Of a stretch of DNA of 23,855 nt, positions 8,284 to 14,967 are shown in pieces; positions within the stretch are counted from its first letter, which is position 1, and every line of letters begins with the position of its first letter. A program made the translations under genes and the position numbers. The notes beneath the pieces are model-generated. The model saw nothing but the letters and a program-made list of their open reading frames with translations, was not told the origin of the DNA and made no database searches. The DNA is taken from positions 1-23,855 of the forward strand of contig JAYENL010000252.1 in the NCBI GenBank assembly GCA_034722055.1, written 5' to 3'. The stretch comes from Armatimonadota bacterium. Lineage in GTDB: Bacteria; Armatimonadota; Zipacnadia; Zipacnadales; UBA5352.

Positions 8284-8356
8284 AGCTGCAAGGTGCAGGC
8301 CAGCGGCTATCAGCTAACAGCCATCAGCTATCAGCTCCAACAGCTACGGCAACGGC
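8284..8356 (+). repeat. Second, degenerate heptamer array (about 8 units) with ACGGCAACGGC tail
   Basis: agctgca aggtgca ggccagc ggctatc agctaac agccatc agctatc agctcca, then acagctacggcaacggc. Confidence 0.85.
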
Positions 8357-8379
8357 ACGCGCACGAGCGGCCTCCGTGC

Positions 8380-9744
8380 TTACCCGAGCTCGACGACGAG
8401 GTCCATGATCTCCAGGGCCACCGACATCAGCCGGCCAGCCGCCGCGTAGGCCTGCTGGTAGCGGATCAGCTCCAGCGCCTCCTCATCCAGCGAGACCCCG
8501 GAGCGGTCCATCTGCGCGTCCTGCAGGTTCTGCACCAGCGAGTCCCGGCTGTCGAAGCGCACCTGGGCCGCCTCGGCCTCGATGCCCACCAGGGAGATGA
8601 GCTCCGCAGCGTACTGGGACAGCGTCGCGGTGCCCCCGGAGAGCAGGCGGGTGTTGCGCAGGTCCTCGATGGCAAGGGCGTTAGTCCCATCGCTCTCCAC
8701 CACGGTCGATTGGGCAGCGCCGATGAGCGAGGGATCGCTGACGATCTCGTCGCGCACGCGCAACGAGGCCGCCGGCCGCGTGGGGTCGTACTCGAACAGC
8801 TCCGGCGCGGGGTTGCCGCTCAGGTCCAGGCCGGCGGCATGCTGCGCGTTGACCTCATCGGCCAGCGTCTGCGCCAACGTGTCAAGCCGCTGCAGGTACT
8901 GTGGGATGAACTCGTCGCGGGCCTGCAGCCGCCCGGCGATCTCCCCCCGCAGGCCGTGCGGGGAGACCTCGCTGCCCAGCTTCACCAGGTGCATCCCCGG
9001 CTGCGCGGGATCGCCCGCCAGCTCCAGCTCGTTGACCCGGTGGTGCTCCACGAAGCGCCGGCCGCCGATGAGCACGTCCACGATGCCGTTCTCCTGCTGG
9101 ATGACCTCGGCCCCGCACAGCTCGGCGAGCTGCGAGGTCAGCGCGTCCAGCCGGGTCTGCAGGTCATTGCGGGTGCTGAAGGAGGGCGTGGCGCTGATCT
9201 TCTCGTTGATCTTCGCCACCTCATGCGCCAGCGAGTTGGCGCGCCCAACCAGGTTGCGGAGGCGCTGGTCGATCTCCACGCGCAGGTCCGCCATCGCCTG
9301 CCAGCGGTCGGCGATGGTGCGGGCCGCGATCCGCGAGCGCTCCACCACCTGGGTGCGGCAGGCGGCGGAGGTCGGGTTCAGCCCCAGATCGGCCCAGGCG
9401 TCGAACATCTCCTCCAGCCGCTGTGCCACCCCGCCCTGGGTGACATCCGTGAAGATCTGCTCCACCTGCAGCAGGGACGCCCTCAACGCGCGCTCGCGGC
9501 CGAGGCAGCCGCTCTCGTAGCGCACCTGCGTGGCCAGGAACTCGTCCCGGAGCAGCTCGATGTCCACGATCTCCACGCCGCCGCCGGCCTCGCCGGTGAC
9601 CGCACCGGGGATGGGGGCCATCACCGGGCGCTGGCGCACGTAGCCGTCCGTCTCCACGTTGGCGACGTTATGCCCCACGACCTCCAGAGCGGCCCGCTGG
9701 GAGTAGAGGGCGGTCTTGGCGATGTTGATCAGCCGCAGGGACAC
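8380..9744 (-). CDS. flgK: Flagellar hook-associated protein 1 FlgK
   Basis: N-terminal VVGHNVANVETDGYVRQR and C-terminal SGVSLDEEALELIRYQQAYAA. Position between flgN and flgL. Confidence 0.95.
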   Translation of the reverse strand: MSLRLINIAKTALYSQRAALEVVGHNVANVETDGYVRQRPVMAPIPGAVTGEAGGGVEIVDIELLRDEFLATQVRYESGCLGRERALRASLLQVEQIFTDVTQGGVAQRLEEMFDAWADLGLNPTSAACRTQVVERSRIAARTIADRWQAMADLRVEIDQRLRNLVGRANSLAHEVAKINEKISATPSFSTRNDLQTRLDALTSQLAELCGAEVIQQENGIVDVLIGGRRFVEHHRVNELELAGDPAQPGMHLVKLGSEVSPHGLRGEIAGRLQARDEFIPQYLQRLDTLAQTLADEVNAQHAAGLDLSGNPAPELFEYDPTRPAASLRVRDEIVSDPSLIGAAQSTVVESDGTNALAIEDLRNTRLLSGGTATLSQYAAELISLVGIEAEAAQVRFDSRDSLVQNLQDAQMDRSGVSLDEEALELIRYQQAYAAAGRLMSVALEIMDLVVELG

Positions 9745-9762
9745 GCGATCACATCCTCAGGG

Positions 9763-10173
9763 TCAGGCCGAGCGGGACACGGTAAGAGCAGGACGGCCGC
9801 CTTCAGGTCGGTAGCCGTCACCGCAATCTGGGAGGATGACGGCGAGCATGGCGCCGACATAGGCCAGGCGGTCGGCCACCAGATCTTGGTTGAGCGCGGC
9901 GAGATCCATCACGCGGACCTCCACGCGGGCAATTCGGCGCATAAGCTCGCCGTGGCGGTCGGTGAGGTCGGGGGCCTCACGCATCGCCTGGGCCCGAGTC
10001 TGCAGCAGGACGTTGAAATGCTCGAACTGCCCCTCCAGGATCTCGGTGAGCTCATTGAGCCGCTCGAGGTCCCGCGCGATAAGGGCTCGGCGCTGCTGCT
10101 CCAGGGTCTCCACCAGGGCCCGGGCGGTGTCAAGCTCGGCCTTCAGCACGGAGACAATGGGGTCTGCGGTCAT
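9763..10173 (-). CDS. flgN: Flagellar export chaperone FlgN
   Basis: 136 aa coiled-coil pattern (LEQQRRALIARDLERLNELTE...LAALNQDLV). Conserved position between flgM and flgK. Confidence 0.75.
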   Translation of the reverse strand: MTADPIVSVLKAELDTARALVETLEQQRRALIARDLERLNELTEILEGQFEHFNVLLQTRAQAMREAPDLTDRHGELMRRIARVEVRVMDLAALNQDLVADRLAYVGAMLAVILPDCGDGYRPEGGRPALTVSRSA

Positions 10174-10197
10174 CGTCGTCCCTCCGTCCGTCAGCGG

Positions 10198-10488
10198 TCA
10201 GGTCAGCTCCCGGGCGATGCAGCGCTCCATGGCCTCCACGATGGCGCGGCTGTCCCACTGGGCGTCGCCGTCGCTGAGCCTGAGGCGGGCCGCCTCGATG
10301 GCCGACCGGCGCACCGGCGGGCTCTCGTTCAGCGCCTGCTTCGCAACGGCCATCAGGCGGGCGCGGGATGACAGGGCGACGTTATCGCCCCCGGCTCGCC
10401 GCACTGCCTTGGATCGCCGTCCGCGGGCCTCATCGGCGCCGCTCGCGCTGGCACTCGTGCGGTAGAGCCCGCTGCCGTCGATTCGCAT
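10198..10488 (-). CDS. flgM: Anti-sigma-28 factor FlgM
   Basis: 96 aa with MRID start, DNVALSSRA motif and a C-terminal PPVR...IEAAR...DSRAIVEAM helix pattern. Synteny flgJ-flgM-flgN. Confidence 0.8.
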   Translation of the reverse strand: MRIDGSGLYRTSASASGADEARGRRSKAVRRAGGDNVALSSRARLMAVAKQALNESPPVRRSAIEAARLRLSDGDAQWDSRAIVEAMERCIARELT

Positions 10489-10871
10489 CAGCCCTCCACC
10501 CCCTTCTCAGGCATGTCTTCGGCCCAGCCGGCTACTTCCGACCGTCCAGGGCTCGGCTCGGCGCCCTGCGCCTCAGAGAGCTGGCGGAGGAGCATCTTCG
10601 CCAATCCCAGCTCGCTCCGCCGGCCCATCTGCTCGGCCAGCGCCACGTCGCGCTGTCGGGCGAAGATGCGGTGCGCGGCCGAGCGGCCCAGGATGCCGCC
10701 GCCCCAGGTGGGCGCGCTGAGGTGCGCCATGAGCTGGCTGAGGAAGAGGCCCTCCATCTGCTGACAGGCGCGCCGGAGGCGCTCGGCTCCCTCCCGGCGG
10801 CCGCTCGCCCGGCTGCTCCTGCCAGGGGCATCCGCCCGACCGCGTGCCGAGACTGGACGCAGGTCGCTCAC
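10488..10871 (-). CDS. flgJ: FlgJ rod-binding (rod-cap) protein lacking a muramidase domain
   Basis: LRRACQQMEGLFLSQLM...LGLAKMLLRQL rod-binding motif. The GTG start overlaps the flgI stop. Confidence 0.85.
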   Translation of the reverse strand: MSDLRPVSARGRADAPGRSSRASGRREGAERLRRACQQMEGLFLSQLMAHLSAPTWGGGILGRSAAHRIFARQRDVALAEQMGRRSELGLAKMLLRQLSEAQGAEPSPGRSEVAGWAEDMPEKGVEG

Positions 10872-11977
10872 TGGATGGTCACCTCCGCCTCCAGGGCGCC
10901 GGCCGTCTTCAGGGCCTGGATGATGGCGATGAGGTCCCGGGGCTTGACGCCCAGGGCGTTAAGGGCCGTCACCAGCTCATTCAGGCTGCCCTGCGGCTGA
11001 AGGGCCATGACCTGTCCCCCGCCCTCAGTGACCTCGATCTCCTCGGCCGGGACCACCTCGGTGGTGCCCTCGATGCTGAAGGGCGGCGGCTGGGAGACCT
11101 GCCACTCTCCACGCACCTGGATGGTCAGGCTCCCGTGTGAGATGGCCACGGGCGCGATGCGAACGTTCTCGCCGATGACCACGGTTCCGGTCCTCTCGTT
11201 CATCACCACTCGCGCGGCGGCGTCCGGCTGCACCTGAAGCTGCTCGACGCGGGTAATGAACTGAACCATGTCGGGCGTGGTGGGAGGCACGCTGACCTGC
11301 ACCATGCCGGCGCTGACGGCCCGCGCCGAGCCCGGCCCCACCTCCCGCTCCACCGACTCCGCCACCCGGCAGGCCGTGGTGAAATCGGGATTGTGCAGCG
11401 CGAGGCACAGGCGGGGACTGGCCAGCGTCTCGCTGCGGACATCGCGCGTCACGGACGCCCCGCCGGGCACGCGGCCGACGACGGGGTGGTTGCGCTGGAC
11501 GGTGTCCCGTCCGGCCGAGACGTTGAAGCCGCCGATGCTGACCGGTCCCTGCGCGATGGCGTAGATCTCCCCGTCACCTCCGCGCAGAGGCGTTGCAAGA
11601 AGCGTGCCGCCATGCAGGCTCTCCGCGTCGCCGAGGGAGGAGAGCAGCACATCCAGCTCGGCACCGCGGTGCACGTCGGCGGGCAGCTCGGCCACGGCCA
11701 TGACCGCCGCCACGTTCTTGACCCGCAGCTCGTCGGGGTCCACCGACACCCCGAAGCGCTCCAGCATGTTGGCCAGCGAGCGGGCGGTGAAGATGGCCCG
11801 CGTGCCGTCGCCGGTGCCGTCCAGGCCCACCACCAGCCCGTAGCCCATCAGCTTGTGCTCGCTGACACCGCTGATGCTGGCGATGTCCTTGATGCGCGTC
11901 ACCACCGCCTGGCAGGGGCACGCCGGGGCGAGAGCGGCGATGGCCATGGCGACGATCAGTGCTCTGCTGCGGCGCAT
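10868..11977 (-). CDS. flgI: Flagellar P-ring protein FlgI
   Basis: Signal peptide, RIKDIA, GYGLVVGLDGTGD, KNVAAV, NERTGTVV and LGVKPRDLIAIIQALK. Confidence 0.97.
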   Translation of the reverse strand: MRRSRALIVAMAIAALAPACPCQAVVTRIKDIASISGVSEHKLMGYGLVVGLDGTGDGTRAIFTARSLANMLERFGVSVDPDELRVKNVAAVMAVAELPADVHRGAELDVLLSSLGDAESLHGGTLLATPLRGGDGEIYAIAQGPVSIGGFNVSAGRDTVQRNHPVVGRVPGGASVTRDVRSETLASPRLCLALHNPDFTTACRVAESVEREVGPGSARAVSAGMVQVSVPPTTPDMVQFITRVEQLQVQPDAAARVVMNERTGTVVIGENVRIAPVAISHGSLTIQVRGEWQVSQPPPFSIEGTTEVVPAEEIEVTEGGGQVMALQPQGSLNELVTALNALGVKPRDLIAIIQALKTAGALEAEVTIQ

Positions 11978-11995
11978 GATGAGCTCCTCCGCCCG

Positions 11996-12577
11996 TCAGA
12001 ACAGCCAGCCCAGGATCCGGGTGATGAGGCCCACGCGACCGTGAGGCTTGCCCGGATCGGGGCCCTCGTACTCGATGCTGGCATTCGCCACGTGGTGGGA
12101 GAGCACGGTGTTGTCAGGGCGCACATCGGTGGGCCGGACCTCGCCGACCAGGCGGATGGTCTGCCAGTCGCGGTTGACACGCACGCGGCGCTCGCCCTCG
12201 ATGGTGAGGTTGCCCGCCGGCGTGACACCCGTCACGGTGGTGGCGACGCGTGCCGACAGGAGGTCCCGGCGCTGAGATCGGCCGCCGGCGGCGTGCTGCA
12301 TCTCTCCGCCGTAGCTGAGGCCGGGGATGAAGTCCAGCCAGGCGGTCCCCGGCCCCGCCTGCGCGCTGGTGGACTTCTGGTTCTCGCGGGTGGCTGAGTG
12401 CGAGGCCCTGGCGGACTCGGAGATGACCACGAACAGAATGTCCCCGGGCTGACGGGCGCGAAAGTCCTCGTAGAGCGAGCCGAAGAACTGCGTCTCCCCA
12501 GGCTCCGCATAGCAGGCAGGTGTGCTCGCCGCCAGCGACAGGCCCAATGCGAATGCGACAGGAATGCTTCGTGGCAT
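11996..12577 (-). CDS. flgH: Flagellar L-ring protein FlgH
   Basis: SLYEDFRARQPGDIL, GNLTIEGER, GEVRPTDVRPDNTVLS, VANASIEY and C-terminal GWLF. Start reassigned to ATG 12577 after RBS GAGGG. Confidence 0.92.
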   Translation of the reverse strand: MPRSIPVAFALGLSLAASTPACYAEPGETQFFGSLYEDFRARQPGDILFVVISESARASHSATRENQKSTSAQAGPGTAWLDFIPGLSYGGEMQHAAGGRSQRRDLLSARVATTVTGVTPAGNLTIEGERRVRVNRDWQTIRLVGEVRPTDVRPDNTVLSHHVANASIEYEGPDPGKPHGRVGLITRILGWLF

Positions 12578-12587
12578 GGGTGTTCCC

Positions 12588-13175
12588 TCACCCTCGGCGG
12601 ATGACAGCCTCGGTTGCGCTGGTAAGCTGCCCCACAACCGTCTCCCTGGTCTGCTCCACGCGCAGGCGCGCTCGCGAGCCCACGACGCCTCGCTCCAGCG
12701 TGGTGGCCTCCGCGATGATGCGCACCGCCCCGCAGACGACTGACAGCCGCACGCGGCTGCCCCGCTTGACCACCGTGGGCTCGGGCGGCGGGGCGTCCTC
12801 CGTGGCATCTCCCTCGGCGGACGCACGCGGGCCCCCCTCGGGCGGGGCCGCGGCGCGAGCCACCTCCACCCTGGTGGCGCCGGTGAAGGTCAGCGCCTCG
12901 CAGTCGATCCCGCAGCGCCGCAGGCGCATCTTCAGATAGCCCACGGTGAGCCCGCGGCTGCCCCCCGGCAGGGGCGCCGGCCCGACGTCGATGGCGCCCA
13001 GGCGCCGGGCGCGCTGCTCGGGGGCGTCGATCTCCGCCAGGTCCGCAAGCGTGATGCGCAGGCCCTCGATCTGCACGCGTTCGGGCAGCTCGATGGTCTG
13101 CGCCCACGCCGGCGCCGCGAGGACGACCAGCGCGCCCGCGATCAGCAGCTCACATGGGAGGCGGCAATGGCGCAT
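12588..13175 (-). CDS. flgA: Flagellar P-ring formation chaperone FlgA
   Basis: Signal peptide, ITLADLAEI...GPAPLPG N-domain and C-terminal VVKRGSRVRL...GVVGSRARLR. Located between flgG and flgH. Confidence 0.85.
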   Translation of the reverse strand: MRHCRLPCELLIAGALVVLAAPAWAQTIELPERVQIEGLRITLADLAEIDAPEQRARRLGAIDVGPAPLPGGSRGLTVGYLKMRLRRCGIDCEALTFTGATRVEVARAAAPPEGGPRASAEGDATEDAPPPEPTVVKRGSRVRLSVVCGAVRIIAEATTLERGVVGSRARLRVEQTRETVVGQLTSATEAVIRRG

Positions 13176-13193
13176 GGCTCTCTCCCGTCACGG

Positions 13194-13982
13194 CTATCGG
13201 CGGGTGTTGTTGGCGATCTCGAGCATCTGGTCGGCGATGCGGATGGCCTGGGAGTTGGCCTCGTAGGCGCGCTGGGCGGTGATCATATTGACCATCTCCT
13301 CGACCACCTTCACGTTGGACATCTCCAGCATGCCCTGGGAGATGCCGCCGAGGCCGTCGATGCCCGGCGCGCCCGTGGTGGGCTCGCCGGAGGCGGCGGT
13401 GGCGCGCAGCAAGCTGTGACCGAGATTCTGCAGCCCGGCGGGATTCGCGAAGCGCGCCAGCTCGATCTGCCCGATGGTCTGCGGCTCCGTGGAGCCGGCG
13501 GTGGTGGCGCTGACCGTGCCGTCGCTGCCCACGGCGATGGAGGTGGTGTCGGTGGGGATCACCAGCGGCGGCTCCAGCGGGAAGCCGTCGGCGTTGACCA
13601 CGTTGCCCTCGCTGTCGATCTTGAAGGCCCCCGCCCGAGTGTAGGCCACCGAGCCGTTGGGCATGAGCACCTGGAAGAAGCCGCTGCCCTCGATGACCAG
13701 GTCCAGGGGGTTGCCGGTCTCCTGGAAGGTCCCCTGGGCGAAGAGCTTGCGGGTGGCGGCGGTGCGGCTGCCGAGGCCCACCTGGATGCCGGTGGGGATC
13801 TCCACGCCCTCCGCCGCCGCAGCGCCGGGGCTGCGCAGGGTCTCGTACATCAGGTCCTGGAACTCCACCCGCTGCTTCTTGAAGCCGATGGTGTTGACGT
13901 TCGCCAGGTTGTTGGCGATGGTGTCCACGTTCAGCTCCTGAGCGGTCATGCCGCTGGCCGCGGACCACAGTGCGCGCATCAT
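13194..13982 (-). CDS. flgG: Flagellar basal-body distal rod protein FlgG
   Basis: [48 protein letters not shown] and [23 protein letters not shown]. Confidence 0.98.
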   Translation of the reverse strand: MMRALWSAASGMTAQELNVDTIANNLANVNTIGFKKQRVEFQDLMYETLRSPGAAAAEGVEIPTGIQVGLGSRTAATRKLFAQGTFQETGNPLDLVIEGSGFFQVLMPNGSVAYTRAGAFKIDSEGNVVNADGFPLEPPLVIPTDTTSIAVGSDGTVSATTAGSTEPQTIGQIELARFANPAGLQNLGHSLLRATAASGEPTTGAPGIDGLGGISQGMLEMSNVKVVEEMVNMITAQRAYEANSQAIRIADQMLEIANNTRR

Positions 13983-14041
13983 CTGCAGATCACCTCATGT
14001 CGGATTGCGTCCGGCTCTGCCTGTGTCGCGTGGCCTCTGTC

Positions 14042-14746
14042 TCAGAGGCTCGTGCTCTCGATGAGCGTGCCCAGCGTCTCATCTGCGTGCCGCAGTGCCG
14101 CGGCGCTGGCCTCGTAGGCCCGGAAGCCGGTCATCATGTGCGTCATCTCGCGTATCACGCTGACGTTGGCCTCCTCCACGTATCCCTGCATGACCTGAGG
14201 ATCGTCGAGCATCCGCGGGCCAAGGTCGGCGGCCAGCAGGCCGTCGGCATCGCGGCGAAGCCCGTCGCTGCGCCCGAGATCGGCGATGAAGAGGCGGTCC
14301 ACGAACTGGCCCTCGGAGAACACCTGCCCCGCTTCGGTCACCAGGAACTCGGGGCCGGGCAGCACAATCGGCCCGTCCCGCCCCATGACCTGGTGGCCGG
14401 AGATGGACAGCAGCCGGCCGCCGGCATCGACCTGGAAGCGCCCGTCGCGGCTGTAGCGGAGGCCGCGAGGGGTCTGGAGGGTGAAGAGGCCGCGGTCGCC
14501 CAGCGCCAGGTCGAAGGGCTCGCCGGTCTCGTGCACCGGCCCTGGGGTGACGTCGATCGCGGTGGTGTCCGCACCGGGCAGCGCCGCGGACTCGTCGAGA
14601 GCGCGCGCAAAGGCGCTCTGCCCGATGGTGAGATCAGAGCGGCGATAGCCCACGGTGCCGGCGTTGGCGAGGTTGTTGGCGTGGACATCCTGTCTGCGCA
14701 TCTGGGCCCGCATCCCGGCGGCCGCTGCGTGTATGCCCCTGGTCAC
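14042..14746 (-). CDS. flgF: Flagellar basal-body rod protein FlgF (FlgE/F/G family)
   Basis: ANNLANAGTVGYR, TGEPFDLAL, YSRDGRF and QGYVEEANVSVIREM. Immediately upstream of flgG, with RBS GGGAGG. Confidence 0.88.
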   Translation of the reverse strand: MTRGIHAAAAGMRAQMRRQDVHANNLANAGTVGYRRSDLTIGQSAFARALDESAALPGADTTAIDVTPGPVHETGEPFDLALGDRGLFTLQTPRGLRYSRDGRFQVDAGGRLLSISGHQVMGRDGPIVLPGPEFLVTEAGQVFSEGQFVDRLFIADLGRSDGLRRDADGLLAADLGPRMLDDPQVMQGYVEEANVSVIREMTHMMTGFRAYEASAAALRHADETLGTLIESTSL

Positions 14747-14784
14747 GGCAGATCCCTCCCGGGGCGTGGTGCGTCGCGGGGCAC

Positions 14785-14811
14785 CTATCGGCAGCGGGCG
14801 GAAGAACTTTA
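14785..14811 (-). promoter_or_regulatory. Sigma-28 (FliA/SigD) promoter for the flgF...flgL operon
   Basis: The minus strand reads TAAA-gttcttccgcccgct (15 nt)-GCCGATAG, matching TAAA-N15-GCCGATAA, about 40 bp upstream of flgF. Confidence 0.85.
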
Positions 14812-14967
14812 GCCTGTGCGCTCTCGGGCCGCGAACCCAGCAGTTGGCGGCAGCGGCAAGGAGGGATAGCGGCCCCCGATGGCATAATCACCGGTGCCGG
14901 GAGCCACGATGGGCGCTCGGCGGCGCCGGGTTGTCTCACCAGCAGGAGGCCACAGGAGGGGTCCGTC

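Larger units (their letters stand above)
7911..8378. mobile_element. Putative non-autonomous repeat insertion (7933-8356) flanked by a 22-bp direct duplication
   Basis: acgcgcatgagcggcctccgtg (7911-7932) versus acgcgcacgagcggcctccgtg (8357-8378), 21/22 identical. The interior holds two heptamer arrays and REP-like hairpins, with no credible ORF. Confidence 0.6.

Noticed and set aside
8194..10371. 725-aa plus-strand ORF and other long antisense ORFs (325-1926, 2290-3696, 3570-4592, 6959-7960)
   Set aside because: Shadow ORFs opposite well-supported genes, as expected in high-GC DNA, with no recognisable motifs.
10488..10871. flgJ as a truncated pseudogene
   Set aside because: Single-domain FlgJ without muramidase is common outside beta- and gamma-proteobacteria, and the ORF is tightly coupled at both ends.
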